Assembly: GCA_020137815.1 (NCBI GenBank)
Contig: CM035360.1
Coordinates: 1,860,001-1,924,000 of the forward strand
Direction: 5' to 3'
Source of the DNA: Hormiphora californensis
Taxonomy: Eukaryota; Animalia; Ctenophora
Length of the DNA: 64,000 bases
Position 1 is the stretch's first letter, and each line of letters begins with the position of its first letter. Positions 1 to 11,737 of the stretch are shown here, piece by piece. Both the position numbers and the translations under genes were made by a program. The notes beneath the pieces were generated by a model. The model did no database searches and was not told where the DNA came from. It saw only the letters and a list, made by a program, of their open reading frames with translations.

Positions 1-668
1 CTGGGACAGTAAACAGTCACACAGCCAAGTCTCGCCAACCAGCCAAGAAAGCATAGTGCCGAATCGATGCGGATCATCCTTTTGCTACCAGATTGTCTTC
101 TGTCTAATGGTCCCAGCCACATCATATACAGTGGCATGGCAGGTAGTATGTGAGATCTGATCCTTAGTGTAATGATCTGATCCTGGGTGGGTTGATCTGC
201 GATCCAATCTAATGACGGATATTTTTGGCCTAATCAACATTTTACATGCATGATCAAGTTTAACCCCTTTTCGCATCATGATATAGTAAACAATGTTTAC
301 TAAACATGTTAACTCCGTCCTGCCTTATAATAGGGGCAATAGATTTTAAGTTGGGAAGAGGGGTCAGCCTTACCACTAGAACACTGAAAATTTAGAATTT
401 ATTCTTCCAAACTTTTCTGCCACTTTTATGTTCTTCATCCCTTGATCTTTTGTTCCTCTGAATGACGTTACTAACACCTCGTCGCTCAAGCACCTACTAG
501 TATGCTAAGGTGTTGAATTCCAGTCTTGAATCTCGAATCTACCGCGTGGGCCAATAAAAAGGGAGGGTCTAAAATCTTAAATTTCTCTGTAGCTAACCTC
601 TCGTGACACTTTCTCAATCCAGTGTTCTACCACAAACTTCGCTATGTTTTTGTAGCAGCTAAAATGAG

Positions 669-3600
669 ATGACTCTCTTTGTTTTCGTGTGTTACGTAGT
701 TGTCGTCGCTAGAGGACTTTTCGATGATAACGATGGTGGGTGTCCGATAGCAGTCGACAATGGGTTTTTGGTTAGGTCATGCCAAGACCAAGAAGTTTCA
801 TCCTGGGATGGCTTTCTTATGAAATGCCTTAACTCTTCCACCATGTACTACAAAAAGTTTACATTTGACATTTCCGACAGAAAAATGAAATCCTATGTAA
901 CGACTTTGTGCCCTAACGATTCTATCCAGTATCAGGCTTGCGGAAGTGGCAGTTTCGTGCCCTTGTACGATCCCGCTATAAACCTCTTCCAAACATCCCC
1001 CGTGTGTGGGAAGTTGTGTTACGAACATGACATGGATATGTACGGGTTTCACATGTCATCTCAAACATGTCCCGGGGCTCATAATTATAGTCATGGTCGA
1101 GTTAGGAAAACCATCTCCACCGTTGAGGGCGACATTATTACGATCTTGATTAAAGAAGGAGGCATATGTGACGGTCGTTGTGATGAAGTGGAGCTGGAAG
1201 GAAACATAGCGGCACCTACGTTGACATGTGTTGATGAAAAATCTTGTAATGGATATAATTATGGGGCTGTGGCTAAGCAAGAATATGGTTATGTCTTTAC
1301 TCCCTTCAACGATTTACTCGAACTGATTTCTCTCTCTGTGATAAAGCCTAAGAATAACATGAACACTTGTTCTGATTTTCCGCTTCATAACGCATCACGT
1401 TGCTTTATTCCCTTACCACACTCAACTATATATCTATGTAGTTATGTTGGTGTATCTTATTGTCATGACGGTTTAGACCAGACAAACTGTTCGGATCCAG
1501 CAAAGATTGCCGGTTCGTGCCTTATCGGCGGATATCTCTCTACAGTTTCCGTTTATATTCTCTGTCAGGAGAAGTCAATGTTGTGTGATGATGATATGCA
1601 CAAAAAGTGCCCAACGATTAACCGGTATTGCACCATTCATAAGCATCAGTTATGCAATGGGCAAGATGACTGTGCTATGGGTGCAGATGAGCGGAAGGCG
1701 ACGTGTCTTAAGCTCACCCAACGATCGTGTGTTCGTAGTTTTAGCCAAAATCAGGGTATTCTTAGGATTCCAGTGGACTGGGTCCAGGATGGAGATGTAG
1801 ACTGTCTTGACGGGATAGATGAAAAGGCTAACTGGCAAACGTGCGGCAAAGGCATCAGGAGGACAATTAAATGGTCGACTAAGAAATGTACCAATGTCTT
1901 CCTCTGCAAACATAACATGGAAAATTTTTTAGAGGCCACCCTTTTATGTTCCTTTCCCTCAAACTGTGACGAAGAAGTGTGCCGCATGGCTAAAAGCAGG
2001 CCACAAATATCAAAACAGATGCTAAGCACCAGCCTAACAGAAGGAATAAAACTCAAGAGTTCAGTTTGCACAAAAGGCATTCAATCTATCCTTCTTCTCA
2101 CAGACCAAATTTGTCGATCTAAAACGTTCCATCATCCCTTCCATCTGTTCTTCGGTAAAAACTTTACAACCAAATTAGTTTTTCCGACTACAAAACGCGA
2201 TTGTAGGTACTTGTACGGTGAAGCATATGTGTTTTACAGCTGTTCAGGACTTTGCTACAACACACCGTGTCCCTTGAAAAGACCCATCCTTCATAACACT
2301 TGTAGCAACCTCAGAAACACCTTTTATTCTCTCAACTTCGAGCTTGGCTCAATTACCGTTGTACAAAAGTCTCGTGAACGGTTCCACAACAACTTCTTTG
2401 TTTGTAAAAACACAAAATGCGTCCTGTTTGAGAAGGTGTGCGATCTTGTTGATGACTGTGGGGACAGGTCCGACGAGGAGGAATGTACGAACAACTTCCA
2501 GTGTTCTGATAAGTCCGGATTCTTAGCTTTGAGTCAGAAGTGTGATGGAAAGATTGACTGCAAGGACTTCTCTGATGAATGTAATGAGAGTTGTAGGAGG
2601 AAAGCTGTAAACAGTAATGCCATTTTGGGAGTTGCCTTTGTCATGGGAATTACAGGGTTCGTTTTTGGAATTGGTGGACTTATTAAGAACACCAAACAGA
2701 AGTCGGAAAAGAGTGGCGAATTCATCAATCAAGCCATGGTCCTGATGATTTCGTTTGGAGATCTACTGACATCTGTTTATCTCCTTACCCTCACTATAAT
2801 CCACTGGATCCACGGTTCCGGGTTCTGTGAGTATCAAATTGAATGGATTAGTGGAGCCCCTTGTACCATCATTGGAGTTTTGAATAGCATTGGATCATCC
2901 ATTTCTTCACTTGTGATGGCCTTAGCCAGCTGCTTCCGACTCCATGGTACAGTAATGGCCCTTCGATACCGCCGTTCAAAGAAGGTTACTCTGAAGCTGA
3001 AGATAAATTTAGGTGTATTACTCGCGGTTGTCACATCGATATCTTTAGCAGTATCTACTTTTCCATTGTTCGACACTTTCAATGAATGGTTTGTCAATGG
3101 ACTAGTCTTTGAAAGAGGCTTTACACTTTTTCTTGGAGTGATGGATAAAAGTCAACTGCTGAAGATTGTTCGGGGTTACTATGGAAGCCACGAAACCAGA
3201 CGAAGTCAGTCTGACAACACTGTGTCTTGGAACACATATCAAGAAATGATTTCTGAGATGTTTTCCCAGGATTATGATCCGGTAAGGGGCAAAAGGCTGT
3301 CTTTCTACGGTAACGACCCAGTGTGTATGTTTAAGGCATTTGTCCTGTCGGATGACCCACAAATCATTTTCGTATGGGCATACCTCAGCTTCCATTTTCT
3401 CTGCTTTTTATGTGTAGCGATATGCCATGGGATGATTGCAGTTCTCGTTAAAAGATCACATATCCAAAGTACCAGGACGTCCAGCTCACTCAATTGCAAT
3501 GTCTCTTTGATCTGCCTAACTGATTTTTGCTGCTGGATGCCCTTCCTTATCTGCTGCATCCTCCACACAGCTGAGGTTGTTGATATGTCACCGTGGTACC

Positions 3601-4094
3601 AGATCTTCTCCCTTAACATTCTCCCCCTCAACTCTGTACTGAATCCCGTTTTGTGCAGTGGTGTAGTAGCAACGATTTGGAACTACTTTAATAGTGACCA
3701 AAATGCTGATGGCGCTCGTGATGTCGCTTCTGAAGATGCTCCTGAAGATGCTCCTGATGTCGCTTCTGAAGATGCTCCTGAAGATGCTCCTGATGTTGCT
3801 CCTGATGTTGCTCCTGAAAATGTTTCTGAAGATGCTACTTATTTTGCTCCTGTAGATTTTCACGATCTCCCTCCTGATGTCACTTCTGAAGATGCTCCTG
3901 ATGTTGCTTCTGAAGATGCTCCTGATGTTGCTCCTGAAGATGCTCCTAAAGATGCTACTGACGTTGCTCCTGAAAATGTTTCTGAAGATGCTACTTATTT
4001 TGCTCCTGTAGACTTTCACGATCTCCCTCCTGATGTCGCTTCTGAAGATGCTCCTGAAGATGCTCCTAATGTTTCCCCTTATTTATGCTCCTGA
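669..4094 (+). CDS. Intronless LDL-receptor class A repeat + 7TM rhodopsin-family GPCR (GRL101/LGR-like, no obvious LRRs), intact copy
   Basis: 1141-aa ORF with a hydrophobic signal peptide, several LDLa motifs (CDLVDDCGDRSDEEEC, CDGKIDCKDFSDEC, CNGQDDCAMGADE) and a 7TM region with LGR-type motifs (TDFCCWMP, LPLNSVLNPVL). The C-tail is acidic and repetitive. Confidence 0.9.
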   Translation: MTLFVFVCYVVVVARGLFDDNDGGCPIAVDNGFLVRSCQDQEVSSWDGFLMKCLNSSTMYYKKFTFDISDRKMKSYVTTLCPNDSIQYQACGSGSFVPLYDPAINLFQTSPVCGKLCYEHDMDMYGFHMSSQTCPGAHNYSHGRVRKTISTVEGDIITILIKEGGICDGRCDEVELEGNIAAPTLTCVDEKSCNGYNYGAVAKQEYGYVFTPFNDLLELISLSVIKPKNNMNTCSDFPLHNASRCFIPLPHSTIYLCSYVGVSYCHDGLDQTNCSDPAKIAGSCLIGGYLSTVSVYILCQEKSMLCDDDMHKKCPTINRYCTIHKHQLCNGQDDCAMGADERKATCLKLTQRSCVRSFSQNQGILRIPVDWVQDGDVDCLDGIDEKANWQTCGKGIRRTIKWSTKKCTNVFLCKHNMENFLEATLLCSFPSNCDEEVCRMAKSRPQISKQMLSTSLTEGIKLKSSVCTKGIQSILLLTDQICRSKTFHHPFHLFFGKNFTTKLVFPTTKRDCRYLYGEAYVFYSCSGLCYNTPCPLKRPILHNTCSNLRNTFYSLNFELGSITVVQKSRERFHNNFFVCKNTKCVLFEKVCDLVDDCGDRSDEEECTNNFQCSDKSGFLALSQKCDGKIDCKDFSDECNESCRRKAVNSNAILGVAFVMGITGFVFGIGGLIKNTKQKSEKSGEFINQAMVLMISFGDLLTSVYLLTLTIIHWIHGSGFCEYQIEWISGAPCTIIGVLNSIGSSISSLVMALASCFRLHGTVMALRYRRSKKVTLKLKINLGVLLAVVTSISLAVSTFPLFDTFNEWFVNGLVFERGFTLFLGVMDKSQLLKIVRGYYGSHETRRSQSDNTVSWNTYQEMISEMFSQDYDPVRGKRLSFYGNDPVCMFKAFVLSDDPQIIFVWAYLSFHFLCFLCVAICHGMIAVLVKRSHIQSTRTSSSLNCNVSLICLTDFCCWMPFLICCILHTAEVVDMSPWYQIFSLNILPLNSVLNPVLCSGVVATIWNYFNSDQNADGARDVASEDAPEDAPDVASEDAPEDAPDVAPDVAPENVSEDATYFAPVDFHDLPPDVTSEDAPDVASEDAPDVAPEDAPKDATDVAPENVSEDATYFAPVDFHDLPPDVASEDAPEDAPNVSPYLCS
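3720..4070 (+). repeat. Coding minisatellite (12-bp GATGCTCCTGAA-like units with a higher-order block) encoding DVASEDAPEDAP; second copy at 10642-10992
   Basis: Tandem repeats visible directly in the DNA and the protein. Confidence 0.9.
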
Positions 4095-4820
4095 TGTCCC
4101 GTTTGAAGATGCTGATATCGCCCCTGGAAGTTATCAACGGTGATGCATTTCTGCTAAAAGCCCCGAATCATTACCTTACCTACAGTTCCCGAACAGGTTC
4201 CGACTCACGAATGAACAGCAAAACAATCACGTATAGCCTGAGAATGGTTCAGTGGACACATTAGACTCTAAGCTTTGTTCTTTTGATTTGAATGTGCGGA
4301 GCAAGGAAACAGTGCCAAGCGACTAACTTTTGATATGCTTGATTTTTTTCCTTGTTTGAAGTTACATAAAAATTGCTTTCTTTCTGAAGATGCTTTGATT
4401 GTGCAAATTTTACGTTTACTTTCAAACTGAAACTGTTTTTTCTTCTTGTACTACACCTTCTAACGGTGTTCTCCATAGCAGAGTTCACCCAAGTCCAAAA
4501 TTTCGAACTGATATCATCCGATTTAGAAAACACGGAATCATGGTGTTTCTAGTTTTTCAAGAACCGAAAATAAAACATTCAAATCAGCAAGTGTTTGGCT
4601 TGGTTTTGGTTAAGTGGTTTACCTGATTTATCCCCCAGTCTGAAACAATCACAATACACTGCAGTGGCCATTTTATTTGAGTCTGCTCACTCTCCTCTTA
4701 AAAATTCTTTCAACAAGCACACTCACACAGCTGTATCATGGAGAAGTTTAAAATTAAGAGTCAATCATTACATATTTAAAATGTTCTATAATATCTCGCT
4801 CAAAAATCAAACATTCTCTT

Positions 4821-5425
4821 TCACATCTTTGTGTCTGTTGTCGTGACAGTTTCTGCTGGTGAAACCGTGAATCTTCGTGCCGTTTTTCGCAAAGAGGAAG
4901 ATCTCTGTACCGTACTTTCAGGCATCTTGAAAATCTTTGGACTGAGGGCAGCATAAACTACCCCGTTGTACAGCGACAAACCTACGGGCATACACACGGT
5001 AAAGAGGAAGTTAGGAAGTAACATTTCTGAGACATCGTGGGTGAAGGACTCTGTAAGGTGCATCTTCACACTGGCTAGGTATACGATAACATAGATCAAA
5101 CTGCCCAGATTAGTCACCAGTACTTTAACACTGGTCCGGGGTTTAACACGACAAACAGCGCTACTGTTTGATCGTTTTAACAGGTGTCCAATGGTCAGGA
5201 CTGATGTGATGAAGGCCAACACTTGGAGTCCAACACTGGGAAGGAGAATGTGGGAGTGGGAAACGGGACCGTTTTCACTTATTGTCGTTACAGTCTGAAT
5301 ATAGGCTACATATCTTAACTTCGGACCGGCCGATAGTATAATGTACCCCATAAGTCCAATGACATAACCCACGAACAGGCAGATAGGTACTATCATGTAC
5401 TTGCGTCCCAGGTGCGAAAACGGAA
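4821..5425 (-). pseudogene. 5'-truncated copy of the rhodopsin-type GPCR (lacks TM1-3)
   Basis: Identical to 11738-12342; identity stops at ...gcgaaaacggaa (5425), where LINE sequence begins. Confidence 0.85.
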
Positions 5426-5985
5426 CCGTCCCTTTGATAGAGTGGGGGTTATGCTAGACGTCTGGGGTAGGGGAGCACCTTTGCAGATTCGGAATACGGG
5501 AGCCAGATTGGGCAGCTGTATGTGATGATGGGGGTTATTAGAGCGTCAAAAAGCTTGAACGCTGCCCAAGCCGAGAGGGCGTCTCCATTCACTGTTTTCC
5601 TCAGAAGAAAGACTGCTTTACTCCCTTTGGTGGAGAGGTTAGTAATTGCTGTCTTCATACTTCCGCTGGCAGAGAATACAATTCCCAGATAAGTGTACTC
5701 TTTTACCGAATCAAGTATTTTACCGAGTAGCTGGAATCCATGGCTGTCCTTCAGAACTCTGCCGGAAGGATTGAAGACTAGGATCTTGGTCTTTTCTATG
5801 TTTATCTCTAACTCCCAGGTGGAAGAGTAATTTCCCAAGATAGAGAGGAGGCTATCCATCGAACTTTTATTGAGTGATAGCAGCACTATGTCGTCAGCCC
5901 ATAAGAGGTGGTTGACGTCGACGCCCCCTAGTACTGGAAATAGTCCTTTCACGTTGTATAGGAGTTTGGGTATCCAAATCAATTA
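5426..5985 (-). mobile_element. Non-LTR retrotransposon (LINE) reverse transcriptase fragment
   Basis: ORF 5449-5982 has LLWADDIVLL (YADD motif), INIEKTKILVF, YTYLGI and LFDALITPIITYSCPIW. Confidence 0.85.
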
Positions 5986-6812
5986 GCGGGTTTGGTTTGG
6001 TTAGGGTTGCTCATCTGGGACAGTAAACAGTCACACAGCCAAGTCTCGCCAACCAGCCAAGAAAGCATAGTGCCGAATCGATGCGGATCATCCTTTTGCT
6101 ACCAGATTGTCTTCTGTCTAATGGTCCCAGCCACATCATATACAGTGGCATGGCAGGTAGTATGTGAGATCTGATCCTTAGTGTAATGATCTGATCCTGG
6201 GTGGGTTGATCTGCGATCCAATCTAATGACGGATATTTTTGGCCTAATCAACATTTTACATGCATGATCAAGTTTAACCCCTTTTCGCATCATGATATAG
6301 TAAACAATGTTTACTAAACATGTTAACTCCGTCCTGCCTTATAATAGGGGCAATAGATTTTAAGTTGGGAAGAGGGGTCAGCCTTACCACTAGAACACTG
6401 AAAATTTAGAATTTATGCTGTTGTTTTTAATTTGTATAAACTGCTCGCCGGCTAACCCCGTGCTAGAGCTCTCTGTTGATCTCGGACCAAGGGACAGGAT
6501 ATCTATCTTGTCATCAATCTACTAAACTCGCTATAATGCAATGCTCCCTCAATTTATTTGTGGTAGAGCTCTCTTGTGGATCTGAGGACACGTACGACGT
6601 CTGGTTTTGAGGAACAATGATCAAAATGGAATACAGATTACACACTCCAAGAAAGGGAAATGGTTGACGTACTTTGAAACTGGGGAATCTAGAGGTCCAA
6701 GATACGAAGATGTGACGTGAAATGGAGCTACTAATTCTAACTAGGAACGTTTGACTGACTGGTTTTATGAAGGAGTCATACTTTATCCCAATTCATTCTC
6801 ATTTTGATCTTT

Positions 6813-6866
6813 GTCTACTGATGATTGGTGCCTCCTCGTGGGGCACCATGAAACATGTGTATAGAC
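6813..6866 (+). ncRNA. Type I hammerhead ribozyme
   Basis: gtcta-CTGATGA-t-tggtgcctc-ctcgt-ggggcacca-t-GAAA-c-atgt-g-TA^-tagac: complete core, 5-bp stem I, 9-bp stem II, minimal stem III with palindrome ACATGT. Predicted cleavage after 6861. Confidence 0.9.
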
Positions 6867-7272
6867 CTTAAAAACTGCTGTTGTTTTTAATTTGTATAAA
6901 CTGCTCGCCGGCTAACCCCGTGCTAGAGCTCTCTGTTGATCTCGGACCAAGGGACAGGATATCTATCTTGTCATCAATCTACTAAACTCGCTATAATGCA
7001 ATGCTCCCTCAATTTATTTGTGGTAGAGCTCTCTTGTGGATCTGAGGACACGTACGACGTCTGGTTTTGAGGAACAATGATCAAAATGGAATACAGATTA
7101 CACACTCCAAGAAAGGGAAATGGTTGACGTACTTTGAAACTGGGGAATCTAGAGGTCCAAGATACGAAGATGTGACGTGAAATGGAGCTACTAATTCTAA
7201 CTAGGAACGTTTGACTGACTGGTTTTATGAAGGAGTCATACTTTATCCCAATTCATTCTCATTTTGATCTTT

Positions 7273-7326
7273 GTCTACTGATGATTGGTGCCTCCTCGTG
7301 GGGCACCATGAAACATGTGTATAGAC
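7273..7326 (+). ncRNA. Type I hammerhead ribozyme (second unit)
   Basis: Identical to 6813-6866; predicted cleavage after 7321. Confidence 0.9.
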
Positions 7327-7631
7327 CTTAAAAACTGCTGTTGTTTTTAATTTGTATGAATTTATTCTTCCAAACTTTTCTGCCACTTTTATGTTCTTCA
7401 TCCCTTGATCTTTTGTTCCTCTGAATGACGTTACTAACACCTCGTCGCTCAAGCACCTACTAGTATGCTAAGGTGTTGAATTCCAGTCTTGAATCTCGAA
7501 TCTACCGCGTGGGCCAATAAAAAGGGAGGGTCTAAAATCTTAAATTTCTCTGTAGCTAACCTCTCGTGACACTTTCTCAAGCCAGTGTTCTACCACAAAC
7601 TTCGCTATGTTTTTGTAGCAGCTAAAATGAG

Positions 7632-10600
7632 ATGACTCTCTTTGTTTTCGTGTGTTACGTAGTTGTCGTCGCTAGAGGACTTTTCGATGATAACGATGGT
7701 GGGTGTCCGATAGCAAGTTTCATCCTGGGATGGCTTTCTTATGAAATGCCTTAACTCTTCCACCATGTACTACAAAAAGTTTACATTTGACATTTCCGAC
7801 AGAAAAATGAAATCCTATGTAACGACTTTGTGCCCTAACGATTCTATCCAGTATCAGGCTTGCGGAAGTGGCAGTTTCGTGCCCTTGTACGATCCCGCTA
7901 TAAACCTCTTCCAAACATCCCCCGTGTGTGGGAAGTTGTGTTACGAACATGACATGGATATGTACGGGTTTCACATGTCATCTCAAACATGTCCCGGGGC
8001 TCATAATTATAGTCATGGTCGAGTTAGGAAAACCATCTCCACCGTTGAGGGCGACATTATTACGATCTTGATTAAAGAAGGAGGCATATGTGACGGTCGT
8101 TGTGATGAAGTGGAGCTGGAAGGAAACATAGCGGCACCTACGTTGACATGTGTTGATGAAAAATCTTGTAATGGATATAATTATGGGGCTGTGGCTAAGC
8201 AAGAATATGGTTATGTCTTTACTCCCTTCAACGATTTACTCGAACTGATTTCTCTCTCTGTGATAAAGCCTAAGAATAACATGAACACTTGTTCTGATTT
8301 TCCGCTTCATAACGCATCACGTTGCTTTATTCCCTTACCACACTCAACTATATATCTATGTAGTTATGTTGGTGTATCTTATTGTCATGACGGTTTAGAC
8401 CAGACAAACTGTTCGGATCCAGCAAAGATTGCCGGTTCGTGCCTTATCGGCGGATATCTCTCTACAGTTTCCGTTTATATTCTCTGTCAGGAGAAGTCAA
8501 TGTTGTGTGATGATGATATGTACAAAAAGTGCCCAACGATTAACCGGTATTGCACCATTCATAAGCATCAGTTATGCAATGGGCAAGATGACTGTGCTAT
8601 GGGTGCAGATGAGCGGAAGGCGACGTGTCTTAAGCTCACCCAACGATCGTGTGTTCGTAGTTTTAGCCAAAATCAGGGTATTCTTAGGATTCCAGTGGAC
8701 TGGGTCCAGGATGGAGATGTAGACTGTCTTGACGGGATAGATGAAAAGGCTAACTGGCAAACGTGCGGCAAAGGCATCAGGAGGACAATTAAATGGTCGA
8801 CTAAGAAATGTACCAATGTCTTCCTCTGCAAACATAACATGGAAAATTTTTTAGAGGCCACCCTTTTATGTTCCTTTCCCTCAAACTGTGACGAAGAAGT
8901 GTGCCGCATGGCTAAAAGCAGGCCACAAATATCAAAACAGATGCTAAGCACCAGCCTAACAGAAGGAATAAAACTCAAGAGTTCAGTTTGCACAAAAGGC
9001 ATTCAATCTATCCTTCTTCTCACAGACCAAATTTGTCGATCTAAAACGTTCCATCATCCCTTCCATCTGTTCTTCGGTAAAAACTTTACAACCAAATTAG
9101 TTTTTCCGACTACAAAACGCGATTGTAGGTACTTGTACGGTGAAGCATATGTGTTTTACAGCTGTTCAGGACTTTGCTACAACACACCGTGTCCCTTGAA
9201 AAGACCCATCCTTCATAACACTTGTAGCAACCTCAGAAACACCTTTTATTCTCTCAACTTCGAGCTTGGCTCAATTACCGTTGTACAAAAGTCTCGTGAA
9301 CGGTTCCACAACAACTTCTTTGTTTGTAAAAACACAAAATGCGTCCTGTTTGAGAAGGTGTGCGATCTTGTTGATGACTGTGGGGACAGGTCCGACGAGG
9401 AGGAATGTACGAACAACTTCCAGTGTTCTGATAAGTCCGGATTCTTAGCTTTGAGTCAGAAGTGTGATGGAAAGATTGACTGCAAGGACTTCTCTGATGA
9501 ATGTAATGAGAGTTGTAGGAGGAAAGCTGTAAACAGTAATGCCATTTTGGGAGTTGCCTTTGTCATGGGAATTACAGGGTTCGTTTTTGGAATTGGTGGA
9601 CTTATTAAGAACACCAAACAGAAGTCGGAAAAGAGTGGCGAATTCATCAATCAAGCCATGGTCCTGATGATTTCGTTTGGAGATCTACTGACATCTGTTT
9701 ATCTCCTTACCCTCACTATAATCCACTGGATCCACGGTTCCGGGTTCTGTGAGTATCAAATTGAATGGATTAGTGGAGCCCCTTGTACCATCATTGGAGT
9801 TTTGAATAGCATTGGATCATCCATTTCTTCACTTGTGATGGCCTTAGCCAGCTGCTTCCGACTCCATGGTACAGTAATGGCCCTTCGATACCGCCGTTCA
9901 AAGAAGGTTACTCTGAAGCTGAAGATAAATTTAGGTGTATTACTCGCGGTTGTCACATCGATATCTTTAGCAGTATCTACTTTTCCATTGTTCGACACTT
10001 TCAATGAATGGTTTGTCAATGGACTAGTCTTTGAAAGAGGCTTTACACTTTTTCTTGGAGTGATGGATAAAAGTCAACTGCTGAAGATTGTTCGGGGTTA
10101 CTATGGAAGCCACGAAACCAGACGAAGTCAGTCTGACAACACTGTGTCTTGGAACACATATCAAGAAATGATTTCTGAGATGTTTTCCCAGGATTATGAT
10201 CCGGTAAGGGGCAAAAGGCTGTCTTTCTACGGTAACGACCCAGTGTGTATGTTTAAGGCATTTGTCCTGTCGGATGACCCACAAATCATTTTCGTATGGG
10301 CATACCTCAGCTTCCATTTTCTCTGCTTTTTATGTGTAGCGATATGCCATGGGATGATTGCAGTTCTCGTTAAAAGATCACATATCCAAAGTACCAGGAC
10401 GTCCAGCTCACTCAATTGCAATGTCTCTTTGATCTGCCTAACTGATTTTTGCTGCTGGATGCCCTTCCTTATCTGCTGCATCCTCCACACAGCTGAGGTT
10501 GTTGATATGTCACCGTGGTACCAGATCTTCTCCCTTAACATTCTCCCCCTCAACTCTGTACTGAATCCCGTTTTGTGCAGTGGTGTAGTAGCAACGATTT

Positions 10601-11016
10601 GGAACTACTTTAATAGTGACCAAAATGCTGATGGCGCTCGTGATGTCGCTTCTGAAGATGCTCCTGAAGATGCTCCTGATGTCGCTTCTGAAGATGCTCC
10701 TGAAGATGCTCCTGATGTTGCTCCTGATGTTGCTCCTGAAAATGTTTCTGAAGATGCTACTTATTTTGCTCCTGTAGATTTTCACGATCTCCCTCCTGAT
10801 GTCACTTCTGAAGATGCTCCTGATGTTGCTTCTGAAGATGCTCCTGATGTTGCTCCTGAAGATGCTCCTAAAGATGCTACTGACGTTGCTCCTGAAAATG
10901 TTTCTGAAGATGCTACTTATTTTGCTCCTGTAGACTTTCACGATCTCCCTCCTGATGTCGCTTCTGAAGATGCTCCTGAAGATGCTCCTAATGTTTCCCC
11001 TTATTTATGCTCCTGA
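7632..11016 (+). pseudogene. Duplicate LDLa-GPCR with a 41-bp frameshifting deletion near the 5' end; residual ORF 7741-11016 lacks the signal peptide
   Basis: ATG at 7632 matches ATG 669, but gtcgacaatggg...gaccaaga (41 bp) is missing at ~7715. The rest is identical apart from H>Y at 8521. Confidence 0.8.
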
Positions 11017-11737
11017 TGTCCCGTTTGAAGATGCTGATATCGCCCCTGGAAGTTATCAACGGTGATGCATTTCTGCTAAAAGCCCCGAATCATTACCTTA
11101 CCTACAGTTCCCGAACAGGTTCCGACTCACGAATGAACAGCAAAACAATCACGTATAGCCTGAGAATGGTTCAGTGGACACATTAGACTCTAAGCTTTGT
11201 TCTTTTGATTTGAATGTGCGGAGCAAGGAAACAGTGCCAAGCGACTAACTTTTGATATGCTTGATTTTTTTCCTTGTTTGAAGTTACATAAAAATTGCTT
11301 TCTTTCTGAAGATGCTTTGATTGTGCAAATTTTACGTTTACTTTCAAACTGAAACTGTTTTTTCTTCTTGTACTACACCTTCTAACGGTGTTCTCCATAG
11401 CAGAGTTCACCCAAGTCCAAAATTTCGAACTGATATCATCCGATTTAGAAAACACGGAATCATGGTGTTTCTAGTTTTTCAAGAACCGAAAATAAAACAT
11501 TCAAATCAGCAAGTGTTTGGCTTGGTTTTGGTTAAGTGGTTTACCTGATTTATCCCCCAGTCTGAAACAATCACAATACACTGCAGCAGTGGCCATTTTA
11601 TTTGAGTCTGCTCACTCTCCTCTTAAATTCTCTCAACAAGCACACAGCTGTATCATGGAGAAGTTTAAAATTAAGAGTCAATCATTACATATTTAAAATG
11701 TTCTATAATATCTCGCTCAAAAATCAAACATTCTCTT

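Larger units (their letters stand above)
6417..7357 (+). mobile_element. Non-autonomous retrozyme-like insertion: 2 x 460 bp + 21 bp, with an 8-bp TSD (GAATTTAT)
   Basis: Units 6417-6876 and 6877-7336 are identical, with a partial unit at 7337-7357. TSD at 6409-6416 and 7358-7365. The empty site is at ~395-402 in duplicate copy 1. Each unit has a hammerhead. Confidence 0.88.

Noticed and set aside
3588-4019. Antisense repetitive ORFs (also 10510-10941, 26667-27506 and SLSLSL/ERERER ORFs)
   Set aside because: Shadows of coding repeats or microsatellites
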